Assembly (NCBI GenBank): GCA_041170505.1
Contig: JBEAYS010000078.1
Span: forward strand, 1 to 61,238
DNA length: 61,238 nt
DNA from: Cyanobacteriota bacterium
GTDB lineage: Bacteria > Cyanobacteriota > Vampirovibrionia > LMEP-6097
Direction of reading: 5' to 3'
In this document: positions 28,701 through 36,785 of the stretch, one piece after another
Layout: every line of letters begins with the position of its first letter
How positions within the stretch are numbered: the stretch's first letter is position 1
The notes under the pieces: generated by a model
Told to the model about the DNA's origin: nothing
What the model saw: the letters and a program-made list of their open reading frames with translations, nothing else
Databases searched by the model: none
Position numbers and translations under genes: made by a program

Positions 28701-30447
28701 GCGTAAAGTAAATTATCTCAATGAGTATGTTGAAAGTACATCATCTAGGAATTTTTTAACTAGCACCTCTTACTATCCTATTTTAAAGGGTACATTGAAT
28801 AATTTATATAAAAATTTTCTTGTTATGTGTACCTCTATTGTTAATTCTGCCGGGAAAGCAGGCTTAATAACTGATAAAAGTCTATATGAAGATCCGACAT
28901 GTAATTTGTTACGTAAAGAGATCTTTCCTAGACTTATTTACTATTTTAATTTTCAAAATCAGCTTAACTTATTTGCTGAAGAGGCTATTGGACACGCGGG
29001 CTTCTTTTGTATGAGTATCTTTTCATCTGAGAAAAAAGAGAAGGTTAATTTCGATGCAATCTTTAATCTTTTTAGTCCCAAGACCATAGATTCATCATAT
29101 GAGCATACATCATTAAGTAGCGTACCTACATTAAAAAGAATGAAAACCAAGGAGTGGAATTTAGATGGTCATAGTCAAAGACTAATAAAAATTGATAATG
29201 ATTATTTAAAATTAATGGCAGCAATTTTTGGTGAGAATCAAGATGCTGACTCCCCTTGTTTGATTTCTGTTTATAGTAATGAAATTTATAAGATTTTGGA
29301 GAAATTAGTGCTATATCCAAACCATTTCAGAGATTTTAGTTCTGAGTTTATGCATACCTCAATGTTTAATGAAACTAATGCCGAGAGAAAATTATATACC
29401 AAGAAGACGATTGATTTTGTAGAGGAGCTCCACCATTTTGTTTTTTCAGGACCTCATTTCTATGTTTCTACTCCATGGTATAAACAGCCAAGGAGATTTT
29501 GTAAAAGCAAAGGAGACTATGAAACAATAGATTTAACGAGATTACAAAAAGATCAGATACCTAGAACTTTTTATCAATTAAATGACTCTGGTATCTCTAA
29601 AATTGAAAGTTTTAAGAATCGTAAAGTTACTGACTACTATAGATTAGTTCGCAGGTCTATGGCTGGTGTTTCTAATGAAAGGACTTTAATAACAGCGATA
29701 ATACCACCTGGACCAGCGCACATCCATGGTGTCACATCTATAGTTGCAGACAATGAACTACTTTTACAAATGGCAGGAGTCTCCCACTCAATTGTGTCTG
29801 ATTTCTTGATAAGGTCTTTTGGTAAGACCAATATATCTTCTGATATAGTTGATACTCTTCCAATGTTTAAGAAAAGAAATAAGTGGCTGAACTTTAGAAC
29901 TTTACGATTAAATTGTTTGAGTTTATTTTATTCAAACTTGTGGCAGGATTGCTATGACTGTGACATTGTGTCTGATTCATTTACTAAGTTAGATAATAGA
30001 CTAAAAGACTGGTCTGGATTGACAGGTACTTATTCTGATAATGTGCCGCTTAGAACGTTTTTTGAAAGAAGGCAAGCCTTGATTGAAATTGACGTATTAG
30101 TATCATTGGATTTGGGGATTACATTAAATGAGTTAATTACATTATATAGAACACAGTTTAGTGTTTTATATGAAAATGAAAATGATACTTGGTACGACCA
30201 ACAAGGACAGATTGTATTCAGTTGCAACAAGGGGCTATCTGGGGTAGGCTTTACCCGCCCAGAATGGGAGAAAATAAAAGACATGAAAGAGGGTACTGTC
30301 TCTAGAACTATAGTTGATGACACTTTACCGGGAGGTCCTGTCAAAAGAACTATAGAATACCATGCTCCTTTTGATCGCTGTGACAGAGAGAGAGACTATG
30401 AGATAGCTTGGAAAGAATTTGAGAGGAGGTTTCAAGAAACTAAATGA
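25783..30447 (+). CDS. Large (1554 aa) N6-adenine DNA methyltransferase, Eco57I/PglX/DrmMI-like
   Basis: SAM-binding motif I VCEPAMGSAAFLNEA (~27457) and catalytic motif IV LLGNPPWISISW (NPPW at 28579-28590). The start overlaps the SNF2 stop by 1 nt (TAATG). Confidence 0.88.
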   Translation: MAIDLTGINNENEFYAHHYLTAILEADIKDFISQWKFDNTEVKPPYAQLKFLSKTYFSFLSQFEKKKSIEDRIELQNEWDSQLLNALGYEYQAKQKNIDGVLELGLATEITKNNGAPNLWIIEVFNSYEDESDPLSLSLENFQANISDIKSQDELSLDSVITKHIFSLDEPPRWIIVLNHSQVILIDRSKWNEKRFLRFDIKEILGRKEDSTLKATIALLHRESISPQEGLALLDSLDENSHKHAFSVSEDLKYALREAIELIGNEAIYYLQEVRRKGTYTGSEKLDEKELTRECLRYMYRILFLLYIEARPELGYVPIRSDAYRSGYSLESLRDLELIKLTSEESKNGHYIHESIKLLFALIYEGVKSEKELLKSSGGYKTFEIPPLKTHLFDPERTPILNKVKFRNHILQRVIKLMSLSKAAKGKSKRRGRISYAQLGINQLGAVYEALLSYQGFFAQTDLYEVKKADEKYDELKNAYFIKAEDLEKYNEEEKVYNKDGSLKKYEKGSFIYRLAGRDREKSASYYTPEVLTKCLVKYSLKELLKDKTADDILKLKVCEPAMGSAAFLNEAINQLAEAYLERKQKELDERIAHDEYIHELQKVKMYLADNNVFGVDLNPVAVELAEVSLLLNTISRENFIPWFGMQLVCGNSLIGARRQVFDTKLLKREKKDGQLWLDSVPERVMPSNKREADTVYHFLLPDNGMADYKDKVIKELAGEEIKKINSWRKDFTKEFKSGEINSLKSISANIDKLWDEHTKLQAEMRERTTDYFRIWGQKNGKEHKNLSETRWKDKVLEQELHSKQIRNSSPYRRLKLAMDYWCSLWFWPIDQADLLPSRAEYLMELETILGGSPVEVSAGQDEQLGLFSETMSDENKEKLKGLGYADVNKLCTEVPRFKLVKELAEKHRFLHWELEFADIFNSNGGFDLLLGNPPWISISWKESHILSQYDPVIQLRNMKNISNREELLSLIERKVNYLNEYVESTSSRNFLTSTSYYPILKGTLNNLYKNFLVMCTSIVNSAGKAGLITDKSLYEDPTCNLLRKEIFPRLIYYFNFQNQLNLFAEEAIGHAGFFCMSIFSSEKKEKVNFDAIFNLFSPKTIDSSYEHTSLSSVPTLKRMKTKEWNLDGHSQRLIKIDNDYLKLMAAIFGENQDADSPCLISVYSNEIYKILEKLVLYPNHFRDFSSEFMHTSMFNETNAERKLYTKKTIDFVEELHHFVFSGPHFYVSTPWYKQPRRFCKSKGDYETIDLTRLQKDQIPRTFYQLNDSGISKIESFKNRKVTDYYRLVRRSMAGVSNERTLITAIIPPGPAHIHGVTSIVADNELLLQMAGVSHSIVSDFLIRSFGKTNISSDIVDTLPMFKKRNKWLNFRTLRLNCLSLFYSNLWQDCYDCDIVSDSFTKLDNRLKDWSGLTGTYSDNVPLRTFFERRQALIEIDVLVSLDLGITLNELITLYRTQFSVLYENENDTWYDQQGQIVFSCNKGLSGVGFTRPEWEKIKDMKEGTVSRTIVDDTLPGGPVKRTIEYHAPFDRCDRERDYEIAWKEFERRFQETK

Positions 30448-33400
30448 TACCTTCGGTAATATCTAAGCAGCTCAAGCAAGGAGTGGATGATTTCCTGCGC
30501 ACTACTTTCCCTATTTCGACTAATGCTTTTTCTGGAGTTGTTGACGACATGCTCAATGAAGAGGGAAAGCTTTTCAAAGGTCCTTACGTCTCTATTAATT
30601 TGCCCTTTAAAAACCCAGAACCAGAAGGTGATTATAAAAATTTCTTTGCTGATATCCCTATGAAATATCAGCCTTATCAACACCAACTTAAGTCATTCAA
30701 GAGACTAACAGCTAATAAATCAACAATTATTGCAACAGGTACTGGTTCTGGTAAAACAGAATGTTTTTTGTATCCAGTGTTAGATTATTGTTACAAAAAA
30801 AGAAACGATAAAGGTATTAAGGCAATAATTATTTATCCAATGAATGCGCTTGCTACTGATCAAGCTAAGCGTATTGCTAAAGCTATCTACGGCAACAAAA
30901 AGCTACACGGTAATGTAACAGCTGGCTTATTCATAGGACAACAGGAAAATGACCCTAAAGATTCTATGACAAGAGAGCATGTGATTACCAATAAAGACAC
31001 ACTTAGAGAAAATCCTCCTGATATTTTGTTGACCAACTATAAAATGCTTGATTACTTGATGGTTAGAGTGAAAGACAGGGAGCTTTGGCAGCACAACAAT
31101 CCTGAAACTTTAAAATATCTAATCGTTGATGAGTTGCATACTTTTGATGGGGCACAAGGTACTGATCTCTCTTGTTTGATTAGACGTCTGAAAAATAGAC
31201 TAGAAGTCCCTGCTAATCATTTATGCTGTGTCGGTACTTCTGCAACTATAGGTAGTGAAGAAGAGATCAATAATCTACTTAGTTACATTAAAGATGTCTT
31301 TAGTGATAACTTTGATAAAGAATCTATTGTTACTGAAGATAGGGAAAGTTCTAAAGAGTTTTTAAGCGAAGATATTGTAGAATATAATGCAGTTCCAGAG
31401 CCATCTCAGGCATTCAAACTAAAGCCTGAACAATACGACAGCCCTGAGGAATTTTTACTAGCTCAATATAGATTATGGTTTGAAACAGACTTGGATATAA
31501 ACTCAGAAGAGGATAGGCTTAAGCTTGGTAAACAGCTCAAGAAACATAGGTTCTTTCAGAATTTATTGACTATTCTAGATGGACGTACTATTAGTTTACA
31601 CAACATTATTGATGAGTTTAAGCAGATAGCAGTATTCCAGAGTGATGAAGATAGAGAGTATTGTATCGATCTGATTAATAGTATGTGTGCCCTCGTCTCC
31701 CATGCTAGATCAAGTGTTGAAGGTGAGATACTTCCGTTTCTCAATGTGCGTTACCAACTTTGGATGCGTGAGTTAAGAAGAATCGTTGCAGAAACCAGCC
31801 ATTATCCAAAACTTGCATTTTCAGATGACTTAAAGGAAGACCAAGAAAATAAATTTCTTCCTATCGTGCATTGCCGCGAATGTGGCTCGACAGGATGGGG
31901 TGGAGTGAGAACGGAAGACAATACTATTAATGACAATTTGAGAGATTTTTACCATGTATTTTTTAAGAAACAACCTTGGCTTACTTTCTTGTTCCCAATA
32001 AACTCAGATGATAAAGATGATTCTAATAAAACTTCTCGATTATGCGGCAAATGTCTAACTGTAACTAATCAAACGAAAGAATGTCCTTCTTGTCATAATA
32101 AAGAACTTCTAGAAGTTTTTATTCCAGACAATACCACAAGAAATAAAGATGACAAAGTCATAACCAACAATAACTGTCCTTATTGCGGTAGCTATGGTGG
32201 GCTAACCATTATGGGTTCAAGAGCCGCAAGCTTAATTAGCGTGATGGTTGGTCAACTTTTTGCATCGCGTTATGGAGATATAAATCAAAAATTAGTTTCT
32301 TTTGCTGATTCTGTGCAAGATGTTTCTCTCTATGCTGGATTCCTTGGAGCTAGAACTTACTCGATTAATTTTAGATCAGCCTTACAGCAGCTTGTTGATG
32401 AACAGGGACAAGGTAAAACACTTTCTGAATTGCCAGAGTTGTTCGTTCAACATTGGGCTCAGAAGTTAGGTCTGGAAAAATATATCTCATACTTTATAGC
32501 CCATAATATGGAATGGTTTTCTGAATATGACTATATGAAAAAGAAAGGTCAATTACCGGCTGATTCTGATCTCAAAGAGTTAGTTGATAAAAGAATAAGT
32601 TGGGAAATCTTTAGTGAATATGGCTATAGATCCCGCATTGGAAGAACCTTAGAGAAGAGCAGTGTCTCAACGGTATTTCCTAAAACTGAATTGGTAGAGA
32701 CTGCAGCAAAAGAGCTTGCTGAAATAGTCCAGAACGAAATCGGTGCTTTTAGAGATACTACTATAGATCAGTATTTAAAATTTATCTACGGATTAATTAT
32801 GCACCTCAAAACTAAGGGAGGTGTTTCACATCCTGCTTTGGATGAATATATAAATGAAAATGGTAATTCATATCTTCTGAATCGTCAGAGTTTCATGCCT
32901 AGCTTTTGGGATCGTGCTCCAGTGTTCCTGACCAGTCGCAAAAGGGGCAAGAGTAGATTTGAAACTATATTGAGTAACCAAGGTAGACAAGCTACTTGGT
33001 ATGAGAAATGGTTGTTTAAATTATTTGGTACAGATCTAAATTTTGTTAAAAGTTATGCCGAGGATTTTTATAAAATTGCTCTATCCAAGCTAGAAGAAAA
33101 TGGACTCCTAGATAAATATGCTATTAACAATGAACAATTCACCTGGGGTCTTAAACCTGATAACTTAGAACTCACGTTAAAGGTTGCTCAGTTGCGTTGT
33201 GACAAATGTAGCCATTCAGTATCTACTGCTGATGAAGAATTAAAGAGTTGGGTATCTATGCCATGTATGAGACCAAGTTGTAATGGCAAATATCAAGAAG
33301 ATAAAGTCAGAGACGACTATTACGGCAAACTTTATTCAAGTGCAAATATATATAGAATCCATGCTGAAGAACATACCAGTCTCTTGGGTAGGGATGAACG

Positions 33401-36400
33401 TGAAACTGTTGAGAAGAGTTTTATTAATAATGAAAATCCATGGGATCCTAATTTACTCTCTGCCACACCTACATTAGAGATGGGGATAAATATAGGTGAT
33501 TTGTCATCAGTGTTCTTGTGCTCTGTACCTCCAGCTCAATCTAATTATATCCAAAGAATTGGTAGAGCTGGAAGAACAGATGGTAATGCTTTTACTTTTA
33601 CCATGGCGGAGGGAGTATCTCATGACTTGTACTTTTTTGCTGAGCCTGAGGAAATGATTAATGGACAAGTTAATCCACCAGGCGTTTACTTGAATGCTTC
33701 TGCAATATTGGAAAGACAGTTTGTAGCTTTTTGTTTTGATAAGTGGGTATCAACAGGAATCAATGAAAAAGCCATACCTGAGAAACTGGGACCAGTATTG
33801 AATAACGTTGAAGCTGCTAAGTCTGCAAGCTTTCCATATACTTTTTTGAGATTTACACAAAAACAAAAAGATACACTGTTGCAAGAATTCTTTGAATTGT
33901 TTCAGGATGTATTAGATGATGATTCTCGCAAGCATATACAAATATATGTTGAAGGTGATAAGCAGCATGAAGGTAGCTTTGAGCATAAGCTCATCAATTC
34001 ACTAGAGTTTGTCTCTAAGGAAAGAGATACTTATAAGAAAAAGGCTGCTAAATTAAGACTTGCAATTAACAAGAAAGAAGATGACCCTGCTCAAAGAGAC
34101 AAGAATTTTGAGGATGACTTAGATGAATTAATAAACCAAAGAAAAGGACTAGAGAAATTAATTAGAGGAATAAACGATAAGGATATTCTCAATTTCTTTA
34201 CTGATGAAGGTTTCTTGCCAAATTATGCTTTCCCTGAAGCTGGTGTAATACTCAAATCTCTAATTTTTAGACGCAAACAAAAAAATCGTGCTTCGGACGA
34301 AGAGCCAAATTCTAATTATGATACTTGGACCTATGAATATGAAAGACCGGCTATGAGTGCGATACAAGAACTTGCACCAGCTAACACTTTCTATGCAAAT
34401 GGACGTAAGGTTGAAATAGATCAAGTAGATCTTAGTTTGACAGAACCTCAGATGTGGAGATTCTGTGATGAGTGTTCTTATAGTGAAGCGGCTGAAACTA
34501 ATACCGCCAGTAGTAGCTGCCCTAAATGCGGTAGCGTAATGTGGGGTGATATTGGTCAGCAGAGAAAAATGCTGAAACTTAGACAAGTATATGCAAGCTC
34601 CTCTGATAAGAAAAGTCGTATAGGTGATGATGCAGAGGAAAGAACGCCAGTCTTCTACAACAAGCAGATGTTGGTTGATTTTACTGAAGACAATATACAA
34701 GATGCTTTTAGAGTTACTGACGAATCGTTCCCTTTTGGTTTTGAGTTTATTAAAAAAGCTATTTTTAGAGAGATAAACTTTGGTGAAAGAACTCTCGATG
34801 GTGACTCATTTAAAGTAGCAGGAGTTGAATCTACCAGAAACGGATTCAAACTGTGTAAGCATTGTGGGAAAATACAAAAGGAAAAACCTCTGGGTGATAT
34901 TAAATCTGATGATATTAAACGATTACATGATATAAATTGTCCACTAAGAGGGAAAGAAATTAATTCTGCTGACTTTATCGACTGTGTTTATTTATACAGA
35001 GAGTTTCATTCTGAAGCAATTAGGATGCTTTTACCAATATTGCAAGAATTAGAGTCACCACAAAAGCTTCATTCGTTTATTGCAGCTCTACAACTGGGTC
35101 TCAAAAGTAAATTTGGTGGTGCTGTTGATCATTTGCAAATAACTACTTACAACGAACCTGATGAGGATTCTGATCAACGCAAACAGTTTCTGATGCTTTA
35201 TGACAGGATTCCTGGCGGGACTGGCTATTTGAAACAATTGATGCGAAATGAGAAACCACTTTTTGAGGTTTTTGAATTAGCATTAGATAAATTGAAAAGA
35301 TGTACTTGTGCTAATGATCCAGATAAAGACGGATGCTATCGCTGTATTTATGCATATCGTAATAGCTATGATATGCCTCTAACTTCTAGAGAAACTGCTA
35401 TCAAGCTTCTAACTGAAGCTCTAGATCATAAGGATAAGCTAAGTAAAATTGAGTCTCTTCGCAAAGTTAGCCTAAATGCTTTATCTGGTAGTGTCTTAGA
35501 GAGTAATTTTATTGACGCGTTCAGGAAATATAAAAAGGAGGGCACGCCAATCCAAGTATCTCAAGAAATTGTCAATAAAAAGCCAGGCTATTTTATAAAA
35601 ATAGGAGAGCGTGGTTATTACGTGGAGCCGCAAGTGAGCCTCAATGACTCTTCTCGCGTTTCAGTACCATCTAAAGCTGATTTTGTTTTTTACCCAGCAG
35701 AGTCACGATCGCCACAAAAACCAATAGTAGTTTTCACTGATGGCTTTAAATATCATAAAGATAGACTTGGCTACGATACTGCACAGAGAATGGCTTTGGT
35801 TCAAAGTGGAAAGTTTTGGACTTGGTCTATAACTTGGAAAGATGTGCAGTCCATTCTGGATAATTTTGATAAAAAATATTTTATTGACTTGTTCAACTGT
35901 GGTGTGACGCAAAATGAAGCTAAGCTTGGTAAGTTTTTGGCAAGCTTTGGAATAGATCAGTTTAAATCACTGGCAAAAAATACTAGTAATTTTGACCTAT
36001 TAGTTAGTTTCCTTGCTGAACCAGATGAAGATTCTTGGGCTAAGCATGCTTTTGTTAGATCATTAATGTGGCTTGACTTGAAGGCAACTGATCATAAAGC
36101 TTTTGATAAGGAGGTTTTGAAGCATTTACCTTCTGAGATGAAGGGTATTTATGATGAGTTGTCGGAAGACAAATTTATTGGTCAGTATGATCATCAAAAA
36201 AATAACAGTAACGTCATTCAGGTTTTTGTTTCGGTTCCAAAAAATGACTTGAAGGAAAACAAATACAACAATGCTTTTGCTATGTGTGCACTGCTTGATG
36301 GAAAGCAAGGAAATGACTTTGAAAGTGATTGGGTTAGCTTTTTGAGAGTGTATAATTTTATGCAATTTTTGCCAATGTCTTTTTGTTTCACCTCTAGCGG

Positions 36401-36785
36401 TATAGAAGCTCTTGAATATGAGAAATTACACTTGGATAGAATTTTAAGAAGAAACGATAGTAAAGCAGAGATAGCGACCGAGGAGTGGGCAGAAGTGCTA
36501 GAGCTATCTGATGAAAGTTTCTCTGGTTTAATCAGCAAATTGCGAATCCAGTTGAACATGGTGCCAGAAGTTGGATTCGAGCTGCAAAATACAGATGATG
36601 AGATTATTGCAGAAGCCGAGCTGGCTTGGAAAGACGGTCGAATCGCTATTTTGGCTAGTTTTCAGGCTGATTATAAAATTATTTTCAGCAATTATGGGTG
36701 GAAAGTTTATATGATTGAAGAGGCTCTGGACAATATGTCTGAACTTATCTCTTCAATAGAGAAAAAGGAAATGAATAGATTATGA
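30444..36785 (+). CDS. Giant (2113 aa) DExH helicase, Zn-ribbon insertion, DUF1998/MZB-like region and C-terminal restriction-endonuclease-like region (DrmA+DrmB fusion-like / DruE-like)
   Basis: Walker A ATGTGSGKT (30738), DELH (31128-31139), GTSAT, QRIGRAGR (33552-33575). CxxC pairs: CRECGS, CGKC..CPSCHN, CPYCGS, CDEC..CPKCGS, CKHCGK, CTCAN..DGCYRC. C-terminal ADFVFYP..VVFTDGFKYHKD and EAELAWKDGRIAIL. ATGA overlaps with both neighbours. Confidence 0.85.
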   Translation: MIPSVISKQLKQGVDDFLRTTFPISTNAFSGVVDDMLNEEGKLFKGPYVSINLPFKNPEPEGDYKNFFADIPMKYQPYQHQLKSFKRLTANKSTIIATGTGSGKTECFLYPVLDYCYKKRNDKGIKAIIIYPMNALATDQAKRIAKAIYGNKKLHGNVTAGLFIGQQENDPKDSMTREHVITNKDTLRENPPDILLTNYKMLDYLMVRVKDRELWQHNNPETLKYLIVDELHTFDGAQGTDLSCLIRRLKNRLEVPANHLCCVGTSATIGSEEEINNLLSYIKDVFSDNFDKESIVTEDRESSKEFLSEDIVEYNAVPEPSQAFKLKPEQYDSPEEFLLAQYRLWFETDLDINSEEDRLKLGKQLKKHRFFQNLLTILDGRTISLHNIIDEFKQIAVFQSDEDREYCIDLINSMCALVSHARSSVEGEILPFLNVRYQLWMRELRRIVAETSHYPKLAFSDDLKEDQENKFLPIVHCRECGSTGWGGVRTEDNTINDNLRDFYHVFFKKQPWLTFLFPINSDDKDDSNKTSRLCGKCLTVTNQTKECPSCHNKELLEVFIPDNTTRNKDDKVITNNNCPYCGSYGGLTIMGSRAASLISVMVGQLFASRYGDINQKLVSFADSVQDVSLYAGFLGARTYSINFRSALQQLVDEQGQGKTLSELPELFVQHWAQKLGLEKYISYFIAHNMEWFSEYDYMKKKGQLPADSDLKELVDKRISWEIFSEYGYRSRIGRTLEKSSVSTVFPKTELVETAAKELAEIVQNEIGAFRDTTIDQYLKFIYGLIMHLKTKGGVSHPALDEYINENGNSYLLNRQSFMPSFWDRAPVFLTSRKRGKSRFETILSNQGRQATWYEKWLFKLFGTDLNFVKSYAEDFYKIALSKLEENGLLDKYAINNEQFTWGLKPDNLELTLKVAQLRCDKCSHSVSTADEELKSWVSMPCMRPSCNGKYQEDKVRDDYYGKLYSSANIYRIHAEEHTSLLGRDERETVEKSFINNENPWDPNLLSATPTLEMGINIGDLSSVFLCSVPPAQSNYIQRIGRAGRTDGNAFTFTMAEGVSHDLYFFAEPEEMINGQVNPPGVYLNASAILERQFVAFCFDKWVSTGINEKAIPEKLGPVLNNVEAAKSASFPYTFLRFTQKQKDTLLQEFFELFQDVLDDDSRKHIQIYVEGDKQHEGSFEHKLINSLEFVSKERDTYKKKAAKLRLAINKKEDDPAQRDKNFEDDLDELINQRKGLEKLIRGINDKDILNFFTDEGFLPNYAFPEAGVILKSLIFRRKQKNRASDEEPNSNYDTWTYEYERPAMSAIQELAPANTFYANGRKVEIDQVDLSLTEPQMWRFCDECSYSEAAETNTASSSCPKCGSVMWGDIGQQRKMLKLRQVYASSSDKKSRIGDDAEERTPVFYNKQMLVDFTEDNIQDAFRVTDESFPFGFEFIKKAIFREINFGERTLDGDSFKVAGVESTRNGFKLCKHCGKIQKEKPLGDIKSDDIKRLHDINCPLRGKEINSADFIDCVYLYREFHSEAIRMLLPILQELESPQKLHSFIAALQLGLKSKFGGAVDHLQITTYNEPDEDSDQRKQFLMLYDRIPGGTGYLKQLMRNEKPLFEVFELALDKLKRCTCANDPDKDGCYRCIYAYRNSYDMPLTSRETAIKLLTEALDHKDKLSKIESLRKVSLNALSGSVLESNFIDAFRKYKKEGTPIQVSQEIVNKKPGYFIKIGERGYYVEPQVSLNDSSRVSVPSKADFVFYPAESRSPQKPIVVFTDGFKYHKDRLGYDTAQRMALVQSGKFWTWSITWKDVQSILDNFDKKYFIDLFNCGVTQNEAKLGKFLASFGIDQFKSLAKNTSNFDLLVSFLAEPDEDSWAKHAFVRSLMWLDLKATDHKAFDKEVLKHLPSEMKGIYDELSEDKFIGQYDHQKNNSNVIQVFVSVPKNDLKENKYNNAFAMCALLDGKQGNDFESDWVSFLRVYNFMQFLPMSFCFTSSGIEALEYEKLHLDRILRRNDSKAEIATEEWAEVLELSDESFSGLISKLRIQLNMVPEVGFELQNTDDEIIAEAELAWKDGRIAILASFQADYKIIFSNYGWKVYMIEEALDNMSELISSIEKKEMNRL

